From Phoronis australis (lineage: Eukaryota; Animalia; Phoronida): a DNA stretch of 64,000 nucleotides. Position 1 is the first letter of the stretch. Each line of letters begins with the position of its first letter. Made by a program: the position numbers and the translations under genes. The DNA lies in contig NMRA01000330.1 of the NCBI GenBank assembly GCA_002633005.1, positions 62,001 to 126,000 on the forward strand. The letters are read 5' to 3'. Under the pieces are notes generated by a model. That model did not search any database. It had not been told where the DNA came from and saw nothing but the letters and a program-made list of their open reading frames with translations. Of the stretch, positions 51,804-64,000 are shown piece after piece.

Positions 51804-52041
51804 TCCTAACATAAAATCCTTCCTTTTAAGCTTCACTTCAGTTTCATCTAAAAATGTATAAATATTTTCGAAACTGATGAAGATGGCATATTCAAAGGCT
51901 TGCTACAAATTGCCTTAAACTTGATGCTCAACTGTTACAGTAACAGGTCAAGCGAGAGGGTCTTTGACATTGATGATGGAGTAGACAGCACTGGTTATTT
52001 CAAAATATGGAGCTTTGCTCTGATCTGTGATGTTGTGAGCC

Positions 52042-52089
52042 TCAAATGACTTTCAAGGGTTCGACTCCCAAGCCTTCTGCTACAGTATT
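52042..52089 (-). CDS. Ldh_2-family copy B, exon 12 (terminal)
   Basis: NTVAEGLGVEPLKVI-TGA. Confidence 0.85.
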   Translation of the reverse strand, partial: NTVAEGLGVEPLKVI

Positions 52090-52732
52090 CTGAAAACATC
52101 AAATGAATGACAATCCTGGTTCTAGTCTATGTATCAAAAAACAGATAAGTGTGTTGGCATTAAGCCAAAATATATAAACACACGTCGAACTAAAGATATT
52201 TTGAGTTGAAACAATAAGTTTCGACAAGTTGTAAATATGACATGCCTAAGACCTTGTTATCCGTTTTTAAATGAAAGGATTAGGGTAAAATCATGTCAAC
52301 TTTGCAAAAAATAATTTAAGGACACCTAACCTTGTTGTGAATGCTATGCTTCAAAACTAAAATATAACAAAGCATCTATTTAGTTTATATAAAGACAATA
52401 ATTTTGTGAAGCGTAGCAACATGTTCCGGTGGTAAAACACCCACCAATGCCAAGCTTTATTCGGAAAATGGATGCCAGGATGGATACAGGTACAATACAC
52501 AGACAATTCCAAAACCTGCAAAAATACCAGAACAGGATTCGCTGATTGGTAGCCAATCCTGCTTTGTTTGGAAGGTAACGGATACCTCCAGACTTATCAC
52601 ACTTAGTCATTGATGACTTTCAGTATCACATCAATACTTACCATATGTTTTACCAGATTAGTATGGTAAGGTATGCCTCCAGACTAGTCACACTTAGTCA
52701 TTAGTGACTTTCAGCATCACATCAATGCTTAC

Positions 52733-52843
52733 CATATGTTTTACCAAGTTTGGATGGTAAGGTATGCCTCCGGACTCATCACACTTAGCCATATGTTGTC
52801 TTTCTGGATCACCAGCAACTAGCACTTCTTTCTCACCCTCTGC
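52733..52843 (-). CDS. Ldh_2-family copy B, exon 11
   Basis: AEGEKEVLVAGDPERQHMAKCDESGGIPYHPNLVKHM, 1 nt different from copy A. Confidence 0.9.
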
Positions 52844-54256
52844 CTAAATTACAAAAGTGTAATTAATGGACAACTTTTGGTGTTAATCAAGTATGCAATA
52901 GTTTTGGTTCCGTGAACAAATCAAGATGTGCAAGTTGTTCACCAGCTAGAGGAGTGGGATACGGGCTATAGTCACACCATTCACGTCAATCAACAGAGAT
53001 GACACCGATGTGATAGTGCTTTCTCATTGCTCAGAGTACATATATTTGATCTTTTACACCTTAAGTCACAAATTTTTATCTGAACATTGGGCAAAAAGCT
53101 GGCAACTGGTCACCTCACTGATTCCAACCATACAAGCAATAGTTTGCTAGTAGCCGTTATTAGCTCGGTCCTCACTACAATCGTTACTTGGGTGGGAAAT
53201 CTGGGATAAAAAGTAACACATCACCAAATGCTGAAGTGTGGCATAACAAAAGGTTTCTTTAAAAGTGATATGAAGATCCTGCTGTGAAGCGACACTACAG
53301 TCATCTGTGTGGTCTGCTGCGGATCGAATAAAGATTCGCTGGCAAGTAGTCAGCTCTCTTTACAACTGGTTGTCGACCGGTCGACAACTCATTTCTGACC
53401 AGTCGGACAAAAATTTGCAACACCACAGTCTTCGGTGGCAGCAAATGTTAATCTGGGCCGGATTTGTGAACAAGTCTAAAGGAATCATGCTCATTAGTGG
53501 AAGTTAAAGTGGGCTTATTATTTCATCGGGAAGCCGTGTTTTGATAATCATTCATAAACACTTAACTATTATAAACGTGTGCAGACACTCTTGACATAAT
53601 ACTTTTTAGAACTTGGCTTAATTCACGTGACATAAACACATTACTCACTTGAAACAACCACTCCCTGATTATTTAATTCAAAGTCAAAAAATAGTACAAT
53701 GAACTGAACCTCGAACATCAATTGCTTATTGACAAAACAATATAAGAAACACAATTGATTCCATTTTTCGGAAAAGCACCTGTATGAAATGATGAGTTGC
53801 TTCCTTCAATGTCCTGAAAATTTCCAAAGATGTGGAACAGAATTTTTACTCATAGCCAGAAAATAATCACAGGTGTCTAATTAAAACAATGAATTGTAAG
53901 AAAAATTCATGATTTAGTACAATATAGCACTCCTTTTGGCAACAGTACAATGAAATTATACAAAAAGTAGCAAGTTATTGATACAGTTCCCAGTAATATC
54001 AGCATTATCACGTACATGCACAGTGTTACGTCTTCAAGCATCTAAAAGATCAGTTCTTAAAGCAACTTATTTAACATTATTTAAACAAACAACAAATTTA
54101 AATAACATTTATGGTCAAAATAAAACAGACACAACTGTCAGTTTCAATAGACCATATTTCATACAAGATTGATGAAGCAAACATTGAAAAAAGAATAAAT
54201 TCTCTACGTCAAACATGCGAGGGCCTCGTTTGAGTCAACTAATCAGATGTACTTAC

Positions 54257-54352
54257 TGGCTCTGTACCTCTACAGTCAGATATTAATGTCGACATTCTGT
54301 CTTTGAAACCTGGAGCAAATACGTCAGGGTTAATAGCCACAAAACACTGACC
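54257..54352 (-). CDS. Ldh_2-family copy B, exon 10
   Basis: GQCFVAINPDVFAPGFKDRMSTLISDCRGTEP, donor gtaagt. Confidence 0.92.
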
Positions 54353-55409
54353 CTGAAACAAGAAACCAATACACAGTCGAGAATCATAATAATCAGAAAA
54401 TTATCTACAGATCGAAAAACACATGGCACATAACATTTTGATCGATATTAAATGAGAATGAAAGATATTGTCTTCATGCTGTTGTGTTGGTCATCCAAAG
54501 CACACCATAGTATGCCAAGAATTGTACCATGACACTTAGTTTACCTCAAAATCCAACTGCTGCCTGGTGGTTTGGTAATTGGCCCAATTATGTTGTACAT
54601 CCAATAGAATTAAAGGGGAACATAACATTGCATCATGTGTCAACATAGGATTCTTTACATGAGAACAAAACACCGTGAGCAATGTAGAGACATATCAAAT
54701 TTCAGAATACGATAAAAATTCTCGAGTTTGGAACATTCTCTTTAATTTGTGACACAGAAATTCAAGCAGAATTTGAATTTTCTTGATTCTGAAGATTGTG
54801 ATTTGACCTATTTTGGCATTCATCATATTTCTCATATTTGGATACTGCATTCTCCGTATTGCACAGAGTCTGAAAATATGACTTGGAATTTCATAAAATT
54901 GTCAAAAACTGCTGCCAATGCAACCTTTCCATGCGTCTTCATAGCGTGTATCGGAAGGAAATGATCATTTGTCATAGACCTGAATCTTGAGTTTGGGATG
55001 GCCAATATTACCCATTTCTAAAATTCAGTACAAGTTCTGACCTTAAGCAGAATAATTTATTTTTCACAGTCCCAAACTGGAAAATTTGTACCATAATCCC
55101 AGTTATGTCAGAAAAATGTTATTTGCATATGTAGGAAAACTAAGGCTGCAGAGCGTTTTGTGGCTAACTGAGAAAGCTGGCACATGTGCTGCAGAACCCT
55201 TGAATGATCTGAATCTAAATAGTAAAACCACAAACTAATGCATTTACACCATATCCCTCTTTTCTGTACAACTGTGTGAGAGCTTGACTTATTGACTTAC
55301 CTTATGCCAAGAAAAGCCAAATAGGAGGTTCTAATAGTTTACTAAATACTCATAGAAATTCAGAGACATTTGAGTGACATTATGGCTACCACCTGGTGTC
55401 AAGACATAC

Positions 55410-55528
55410 TAGATGTGCTATCTGGTCGGTCGTCTTCCAGTTGCGTACATGAGGACCAAAATTGGCACCAGCCAGTACTCCACAGAAGATCTCCACCATC
55501 ATACCCAGTCCGTAACCTTTATAGCCAC
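55410..55528 (-). CDS. Ldh_2-family copy B, exon 9
   Basis: GYKGYGLGMMVEIFCGVLAGANFGPHVRNWKTTDQIAHL, donor gtatgt. Confidence 0.92.
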
Positions 55529-55557
55529 CTGAAGATTGAAAGAGACAGAGACATCAA

Positions 55558-55573
55558 CAAGCAGCAGAAGCAG

Positions 55574-55627
<54 letters not shown>
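55558..55627. repeat. (CAG)n microsatellite, intronic (CUG in the copy B pre-mRNA)
   Basis: 16 uninterrupted CAG at 55577-55624. Confidence 0.95.
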
Positions 55628-55629
<2 letters not shown>

Positions 55630-55784
55630 TTGCCTTCAAGTTCAAAAGTCTAAAATATTTTATTGGCCAAACAAATGAACATTAAATCAGATCACTCAAT
55701 AAAAATTTAGGAATACCTACAACACTGAAGAACATTGATGCTATGTATATTGCTGGATTCCATTTAAATGATTAAAATACTGAA

Positions 55785-56466
55785 AAAAGATACCTTTTGG
55801 AACCAAAGAAACCGTACCACGCATAGAATGTATACAGCTATTTTGTCCATATCTCACGGACTTGTTTCACCACCGGGTGCACCCTTTGACATAGAATAAA
55901 ACAACAAAAACAGTCTCAAAGATTCGCTAGTGTCGGGGGGAATCCCGCAACGAATCTAACTATGCTGCAGGTAGGTCAAGTCCTGAGTCTTTGTTAAGAC
56001 TAGGTATATGGACTAGAATCTCAATAGCCTCTCGTACCTTGTGTTTCCACTTATCCGGGTGTAGACCCAATATACTAAAGTCCTCATCACAGATCTGGTG
56101 ATGTAGGTGAGCTGGCATGCTCGTGTACAGCAGTAGTACATTGTAGGTTTAAGGTTGAGTTATGATGACCCTTAACCCTGGTCGATAACTGGCGACTCGT
56201 CTCTTCGATGTAGTTGTCGTTACACAAATCACATTTGTATTCATAAATCACTCTCTCGTTGTCAGCAGAAACAAGTTTCTCGGCTCTGTTGAGCAGAGTC
56301 CGTTCTATTGATCATTTGTGAGACAGATGGTGATTCGATGCGAAGCTGAGGTACTGATCAGTGTGCGTAGGTTTGAGGTAAACGGAAGTGGAGCTGGAAC
56401 CATTACGGTGATTCTCTACACATTCTACGTGAGGTATGGTTTCTTTGGTTCCAAAAGATATCTTTT
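55785..56466. mobile_element. ~680-bp non-autonomous DNA transposon with ~50-bp TIRs
   Basis: AAAAGATACCTTTTGGAACCAAAGAAACCGTACC ... GGTATGGTTTCTTTGGTTCCAAAAGATATCTTTT. Confidence 0.78.
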
Positions 56467-57485
56467 CTTACTGAAGAACAGTGTTATAAAATTAAAAATC
56501 ATCACCTACTTCATAAACTGTTGAACACTTCAGCAACAAAATGTTAGTCAGTGATTTCATATGGTACAGTTGGAGCTAATCCGATATTGTATGGGAGTGA
56601 CCAGTATGTAATAGGCAAACTGCAAGTTGCGATTATTAGCAGGTCAAGTTACAAAAACTTGCTCAAACGAGAGAGAAGGCATACAAGTACAGTCCTTAGC
56701 ACAAAGCATGAAATTTACAAAGCTTTAGATGTTAGTTTTAGTACTGGTAATTGTTGCGGTTGCTAGCAGGCCAAATGGTAAAAACATGCTTAGCCTACAT
56801 GTACATAATTCAAACAAGAAAGAAGTCATAGTGTAAAGCTAAGGTAAGATTTTTGTTCTTTTCTCTCCAACAGCAATCTGAGAACGAGGCTGTAAGAACA
56901 AGCTTTACATGACTAAAGAGGTAAGGTAATGGATTATGGGTATAATCCAACCCCACATGAGAGCTTTCCTTCGTTCAATGACTTTATCAGATTATGTCAG
57001 TTATGAACATCTGAGAACACACCGGTCTTTTGCTACCTGCAAAGGGCAGTGTTTTGTCTGGTATGACAGGACACAGGCCAATTATCAACCACGCTTCAAA
57101 GAGTCATGTTTAGACAGAATAGATTGTCTTAACTTCAGTTGTAGTAAATTGGTCAATTTTGGTGATTGAAAATCAAAACATGATCACCATATGAAGAGGA
57201 ACTATAAGACTGAATTGGTTGGTTTATGTTCAAACATTTTTATAACTTTTATTTTTAATTGCACAGCTAGCCCAGTTAGGCTAGAAATAATACTATCAGA
57301 GATTAGACCAATCATCGAACAAAAAAGAGCAAGCCATCCAAGCTCCAGCCATAAATACCATAACGGAATTAATCAATTGTGTAAGATACCAGCTATGCTG
57401 GTCAACCGCCCAACTTGTTCACTTGCTATCTGATCAACTAAGTTGGGGACAACGGCAAGCGCACAAATGCAATGACTATACTTAC

Positions 57486-57555
57486 CACTGATTTCGGGTC
57501 CTCCAACATGTAAAAGTCCCCCACCATTTAATACGTCTTTCGGATCACTGGATAC
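57486..57555 (-). CDS. Ldh_2-family copy B, exon 8
   Basis: VSSDPKDVLNGGGLLHVGGPEISG, canonical splice sites. Confidence 0.9.
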
Positions 57556-58277
57556 CTAGGAACAGCGAAGACAAACAAAACATAGTTCAGGAAATGCATT
57601 CCAAATAGCCTTTTGTTTTAGCACTGTTTAAGGTTATGTAGGACCATATAAACAAATTGACTCAGTCTGTAACTAATCAAGTATTTCATTCAAGTCCAAC
57701 TTTTGTTGAAACAATATAAAGTCTAATGTTTACATATTATGTAGATGATCGTTATCACTCAAGTCCTGTTCAAATCGAACACATAATGTCAAATTATTAC
57801 GCCTTTAAATAATTAAATGCACTCACTTTGTATTATTCCTTACGATACACTGCTTATCAATATATTCAAGTACTGTGGCGTATACGGAATACGCAGTTCA
57901 GCTATGGACATAGAGGTGGTTCGTTGGAACCGATAGAGATGAGATTGAGTCTAAGTTATAAGCTGCAGATCGTAAAACAGAACAAACGCACACTATCAGT
58001 GCGCAACAACAACTACAGCTGAGATTAAAATGAAAGGAATATACATAAAGACTAGAGATACAAGAATTAACCAATCAAATAAGATGTACAAATAAGGGAT
58101 GCACTATGTTGACAAAAAGATCTTGGAATAGGAAGCATTTACCAATGAATTCCCTTCTCTAAGAAAATGGCAGTAAACAACAAAGAATGTTGTGCATAAT
58201 ATGATGACTAAACCAAAATGATGCTTAAAAATACAATAATACATTCTGTGACAAGTACAGTACCTTAAATTACTAAC

Positions 58278-58343
58278 CTTGCCATTAGAATCAACACCCC
58301 AGCTGAGTGGCATTTTTTCACCTTTTCTGTCTTGATACTCAAC
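58278..58343 (-). CDS. Ldh_2-family copy B, exon 7
   Basis: VEYQDRKGEKMPLSWGVDSNGK, canonical splice sites. Confidence 0.9.
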
Positions 58344-58981
58344 CTAAGCATAAAGGCAAAGCAATTCAAAATGCACCATTGGACTTTCCCCAGGAGAGCA
58401 GAAACCAAGTTTATCTACTGGCCAATGTCCATTTTGTCATGATGCTGACTTCTAGGTTCTTTAAAATATCTCCTTCAAACAACCATGTCCTATTTTGCTC
58501 ATTCCTGAAAATGTCCATGTCTTTGTGAACGCCATCTATGGAGAATGCAGATCACACAACAAATGCAATTATTAAGTTTAAACAAACTTAAATCAGTTGC
58601 TTGCATAAACATTCATTATATCCACCTCTGAATATTCAAAAACGTCCATCATGTATGAATATTCGCAAATTTCATTCACAAAGGCCCAACTTTGGATCAA
58701 TGACCAGCCCCCATTTTCGATTTCTTAACTTGATGACCTGGATGAGAACAGTAATACCATTGTGTGTAATAATCAACCAAAAACCAATGAATACTTACAA
58801 AATGAATTTTTATCAACCAATAATTTCCAATAGTTCATATCAAAAAGTTATGTGCCTACTACACCTTAGCAAAGTCTTTTCTGACTGCGACTGTGCAGAC
58901 AACACAGGTTTATAAATCGACTTCTAAATTTCCATGCTCAACTACAGCTTAACGTTCAACCACCAAATTTTAGTTAATTAA

Positions 58982-59135
58982 CAGGGTCGGATCCAGGGAT
59001 TTTGAGTTGGGGGGGCGGGGGCAGGGCAGAGTGTTAGCCAGAATTTTGCCCATCAGAAATTTACACCCTGCACTGCCAAATGGAATCTAGGAGAATCTTA
59101 GAGACGCCAAGGCCCCCCCCTTAAATCTGCCACTG
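58982..59135 (+). mobile_element. MITE family M1 copy with 5-bp TSD ATTAA
   Basis: ATTAA|CAGGGTCGGATCC...ATCTGCCACTG|ATTAA. Confidence 0.8.
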
Positions 59136-59370
59136 ATTAATGTTAACGCCCTGAATAGACATGGTAATAAACACAGTTATGGGTGGGTGGGNGGGGGGGG
59201 GGGGGGGGGTGTTAGGAGGTCTATTAGTAGTAGGTGAGCAAACTAGGCATGGTGAGGCGCAATATTAAGTGAAGAACAAAAAAAAAAATATATGCCAGGT
59301 GTATGGAGCGAGGCGCGAGGAAAATAACAATCATAAATCAAAACCCTTATTGTCCCAGATGTTCACTTAC

Positions 59371-59469
59371 TTTGCCCAATGCCACAGTTGATGTTGCCAT
59401 GTCCAGAACAAAACTGTCTCCATCTTGAGCAGGGGCAGACATAGCAATAGGATTGGTGCCAAGGATTGG
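59371..59469 (-). CDS. Ldh_2-family copy B, exon 6
   Basis: [33 protein letters not shown], peptide identical to copy A with synonymous changes. Confidence 0.93.
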
Positions 59470-61477
59470 CTGGTGAGAAAAAACAATCACAGAATCAGTG
59501 ACTAAACACAAGATATAAGGATACCAAGAGCAATGCAAATCAATAACATGCACATACGCCGATGACCAGGACAAGCATTACAGTGTTTTGATAATTGTTC
59601 CATTCTTGCTCATTGAAAATATGACACCCTGGTAGTCACCTATCATCCCCTTAGTCGCCAACAAGGTCACATTTGCCCCCTTGCTGAAAACGTCTGACTA
59701 TGCGATCTCTTGCATATAATATAATTACGTTTAAGTTTCTTCAAATTAGAACTTTTATTTAATCAAAAATTTAAACATGAGTGAACAAGAAAAGACATTT
59801 TTACTTGATTATTGAAAATTCTACAGCTGTCATCAACAAACACATGGTGAAATTTTGGCAAAACAGCAAATTGTGTCAAAAATCATAAAATGCCACTTTT
59901 GGCCACTATTTTTTCGAATTTGAAGAAATTGAAGTTCTTTTTCAATAATGGCCATAAGAGGTAGATGCAGTGGTGATAGTCTGCAACGTACTGATTAGAA
60001 AGTCAGATCAGAAACTTTTATTTGAATTAATTCAGGTATATAAATTTGCTTATCGGGAGGTTTCCAAATTTTACAGAGAAATAAAAGGTTGAAAATGTCA
60101 CAAGCTGCACCACATGGCATCCAACATGAAAGGCGTTATAAAAACATTGACCTTGTTTGGTTTCAACTTCAGAAAGCCGCTCCTGATTTGAGATCAAACC
60201 CTGATATCCATTAGTCCAAAAACCTTCCTGTGTTCTTTTGTCTGGCACCAGGATTCACATGGCAGTTATCTCCCATGGTTCAAGGAGCTACTAGAACTGA
60301 AACTTAACACATCTATTTTGGCTAATTGTTATCCTATTTCTCAAGTTAAAAATGATCGGAGCTCAACTTACTATGAGCAACTTAATTTCAGAAGCCGAAC
60401 AGTTTGAAAAAACATCAGTTTTAATCCATGATACATCAATTTATTTTAGCCGGTGTTTTACAGCTAGAAAGCCATCAATACTTCGATAGTTGCTTTACTT
60501 TACACAATATTTCCTTAGATCAGATTTCCTGATAAACAGGCCTTTTGAGGACAGATCCATTGACAAGTGCAGTGAAACTGAATGAGCTTCAAATGTTGGT
60601 GAATATCATGTACTTCCTTTGTGATATTTTGCTCAGTATGCTATTCTTATTTATTTATTATTTTACTCAGCAACAGTTCACAAAGCCAATTAATCATCTA
60701 TTGACAGATAGCGATGGGAGCAAGGAAACAGTTTTCACAAGGGTAACACCACTGACATAAACAGTTAACAACTGAAAGCTTTTTTTATCTGAAAGTTGAC
60801 AGGTGACGTCTTCAGCCAAACACAAACAAAACTCCAGCAGGCGCATAAAAACAAAGTCAATGATCGGCTTCAGAAGCAAATAAGTTTGAAGCCCAGCTTT
60901 CATGAGTTGAAGAATAATGAAATCTGATTTTGCTTTGTAGGCCTCAGCCCAATGTCATTTTCCACATTACGTAATTACAGTTATATTCTGCAGTGGCTTT
61001 ACAGTCGCATTCCATCCAAGAAGCAAACTTTTATTTTGACGAGTAACTGCTACGAAATTGGGCTTGGCTAATCCTACCTTACTCAGACAGAAAGTGATTT
61101 CTTGTTTGTGAAGAACTGACAGTTTGTCATCCCTCGAGATGATTCTCAGTGCTTAAAATGACAAAAGAAGCCAACTTGTAGAGCCTGGTCTCAGGCAATG
61201 ATTTGTCAGATGCTTCAGAGCCTAAAGTTAAAGGTCGAATTTTAATGATTTCATTAATACCAAGTGGTTCGAATAAAAATTTGTTTCTTGTGATGGAAAT
61301 CCAGTTTATATCCACATCAATGTTAACACAAACAAACCAACAACTTTTTTATTATTTGACTTAAAATAGATACCTGAAAAATGTGCAGAGTCTTAAGACA
61401 AAACGAGTTGAAAGTGCAGTTATGCAGCAGCTAGTGAACACTTTTGTTGAGCAGTGAGCACTCAGTGTAATACATAC

Positions 61478-61531
61478 CTTCTTTGCTCTTGTGGGAACAA
61501 CAAGAGGCGAGGTGTTAGTGAAGGCCATGCC
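61478..61531 (-). CDS. Ldh_2-family copy B, exon 5 (exons 1-4 not found in the window, presumably beyond 64000)
   Basis: tgcag|GMAFTNTSPLVVPTRAKK|gtatgt; same size and phase as copy A. Confidence 0.9.
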
Positions 61532-62382
61532 CTGCAAGGGGTGATAATTAATGCCCGTCATTTTAAGTTGTTTCACACACACCAAGGTCAAGGACAAGAG
61601 ACCACAATGTAACTTACTTATGTATACCTCTTATCATGAGAGGACTGAACATATTTGGTTCATGTTTGTGTGCATGAATCTGGACCATGCACAAATTGTT
61701 CATCTGCTACTACCGTAAGTAAAGTTGAATTAATTTCCATTTTCAGATCAAGGAATCCCCTTATTACCTATTTTGATTGATGAAATCCCAAAAGATTTGC
61801 CTCATTTTTTTCAATATACATTCTGTTTTCTGTGTTAGTGCTGACTTCTAGACTCTTTCACGAACCTCAAGAATAAAAACATGGACCCCAAAGGTTTTGG
61901 AATGCGAGCCCACCGAACCACAGTATTTGGAGGTGTATGGAAAATGGTGCCTGAAGTTCTCGCCATCTTTTGTAATACCTCATACTAGCATTTCCCCACA
62001 TTTACCAATGACCTGAATTTGAAATGCACATAAAAAGTTCAGTGTGGGGCTATCGTTGTTACACTGTGGTTTCAAGTCCTACTGAAGCAGCAGAGTCTGT
62101 AAGCTGCAGCTGCACAAAGCGACTGAAGTAATACATAGCTGTAAAAGGTATGGAAAGAAAACATAAACTGCCCTCTCTAGCCCAATTCGCTCATGACTTA
62201 CAAGTTTGGCTCTGGTGGGCACTACAATTGGGGATGTATTTGTAAAAGCCATACCCTGAAAGCATTTAAGTGAACACTAATTAGTAGGAAAAGGGAAAGA
62301 ATGGACTCCTTTTGGCGACTTGTTACCTGCAATAATGATGCCTGATGAAAACCAATTTTGGTCAACAACAAATAACAACTTG

Positions 62383-63618
62383 AAAGATTATTGTCACGGC
62401 GTGACAATAACGGACTCTGCGCGTGCGTATTACTGGAATTATTATGGGAAGTTACAGACAGCAACCCGTTTACCAATATGAAAAGGAATTCTTTAAAATT
62501 GTAGGAGAAATTACATATTAATTTTTTGATGACCTTTGCACTAATTGACCTCTTCCGGTGCATTATGAGCCCCGATGAGGGAGTAATTGTTAACTCGATT
62601 AAAAGTGTGGGTAATGCTAATAATCACAGGTATTTTACTTTAAGCACTTCAGAATACAAGATGAATGAAGTGGTAAAACTTTCAGAAGAAAAATGTACCT
62701 AATGACCCCATGGGTGCACCAAATGACCAGAAAATTTAGAATTCAAACTCAATTGCACTTAGTAAACAGATACATAATTCTGAAGTCTCTAGCTCAAAAT
62801 TTTAGTTTGCACTCAATGACCTTTGACCTAATTTTTCTGATTGGTTAGGCCTATTGTGAAGTAAAGTAGGGTATTCAATTGGCATGTTGACTTATACCAG
62901 TGTGCTGAAATTGAAAAGAATTCCTTGAAAAACGTAAGAGATATAACATTTTGAACGTTACATGACCTTTGCACTAATTGACCTTATCCAGTGCATTTTA
63001 AGCAGCTTTAGGAGAATTATTGCAAAGCCCATGGAAAATGTGTTTAACGCTGAGAATCACAGTTGTCTAACGGTTGACACATCAGAGTACTTGCTGATTG
63101 AAAAGGTCAAATTTTCAGAAGATAAATGCAACTAATGACCCCATGTTTGCACTAAATGACCTGAAACTTTGGATTCCGATTTGATTTACCTGTGGCAATC
63201 AGACCTGTCAACTTGAAGTGTCTAGCTCAAAATTTTAGTTTGTACCTAATGACCTTGACCTATTTCACCTGATTGGATGAACCGATTACTTAAAAAAGTA
63301 ATATTTAAATTGTCATGTTGACTTATACCTGTGCACCGAATTTGAAAAAGATAGCTTTAAAACTGAAGGAGTAGCATTTTGAAAATCATATGACCTTTGC
63401 ACCAAACGACCTCTTCCGGTGCAATATGGAATACGATCATATAACCAATCAAAATTTATATACTGTCAAAAGTCATATGCTGAATTTAAAGACCGTACCT
63501 GCACCCAATTTGGAGTTATTAAGCCTCAAAGTTGGTCGGAAGAAGAATAAGAATAAGAATAAAATTGAAGAAAACCCAGGAACAACAGTACTCTGCGCTT
63601 ACACGCGCAGAGTAATAA
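62383..63618 (-). mobile_element. DINE-1/HINE-like (Helentron-associated) element with ~430-bp central tandem repeats
   Basis: 12-bp subTIRs ACTCTGCGCGTG (62414-62425 / 63602-63613), adjacent IR hairpin 63589-63614, GAATAA microsatellite ~63540, terminal stem-loop TTATTGTCAC-GGC-GTGACAATAA (62388-62410), repeats starting at ~62529, 62962 and 63390. Confidence 0.8.
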
Positions 63619-63687
63619 ATATGAAGATTTGAGTAAACAATCAGATGTCCTGACCTTGACGTGGTTCTCATTCCTATGTGACTTTCT

Positions 63688-63832
63688 CATGGGTGGCGCA
63701 GCACCGAAACAAGTGGGGGACTTAAGGCCCCTCCAGTCCCCTACAGTGCGCTGCACATGTCAATGGGGGGGCACAGTACCCAAATAAGAGGGGCTATAGC
63801 CCCACCCAGCCTCGTATGGTGCGTCGCCCATG
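63688..63832. mobile_element. MITE family M3 (CATGGG...CCCATG, 5-bp TSD TTTCT); shorter copy at ~40917-40984
   Basis: TTTCT|CATGGGTGGCGCA...TGCGTCGCCCATG|TTTCT. Confidence 0.78.
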
Positions 63833-64000
63833 TTTCTATCAGTTTTACATACCCTTTTTTCTGAACTTAACTGCTTGAGGTCATCAGGAGAAAATGAGCT
63901 CCAAAAAGCCTCCGAGAGCCAGCCCACAATAGCTTGATGGGGCTATGTAGGCCTGGACATCAGTCTGCTCAAATCACAAGTATGAGAAAATTTAAAAACT

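Noticed and set aside
51366-51861. Y/T/V/C-rich ORFs
   Set aside because: Translations of the 22-bp minisatellite.
55370-55678. PolyQ protein
   Set aside because: Antisense to Ldh_2 B exon 9; the Q run is an intronic CAG microsatellite.
52042-61531. Copy B as an uncollapsed allele of copy A
   Set aside because: Exon 8 differs at 11/70 nt and the introns are largely unrelated, with different TE content, so these are true paralogues.

Overview
AT-rich, intron-containing eukaryotic DNA, most likely from an invertebrate animal; the species cannot be determined from the sequence. On the + strand are two GT31-family paralogues. The first (5314-8184+) is a divergent, probably catalytically dead C1GALT1/Cosmc-like gene whose first coding exon ends in a perfect 33-bp tandem array carrying 28 in-frame splice donors. 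The second is a canonical 3-exon T-synthase, C1GALT1 (10733-19352, 378 aa). On the - strand are two tandem Ldh_2 (malate/L-lactate/sulfolactate dehydrogenase-like, YjmC/ComC family) genes: copy A is complete (12 exons, 44035-23455, 357 aa) and copy B is partial (exons 5-12, 61531-52042). Between them lie a ~110-bp satellite whose conserved core is a CTCF-like motif (12 units) and a THAP-bearing, TTAA-flanked Kolobok-like transposon. Introns hold LINE and Penelope fragments (one with a minimal hammerhead-like motif), a DINE-1/Helentron-like element, several MITE families and minisatellites. All calls come from manual reading; homology statements rest on recalled family motifs, not on database searches.
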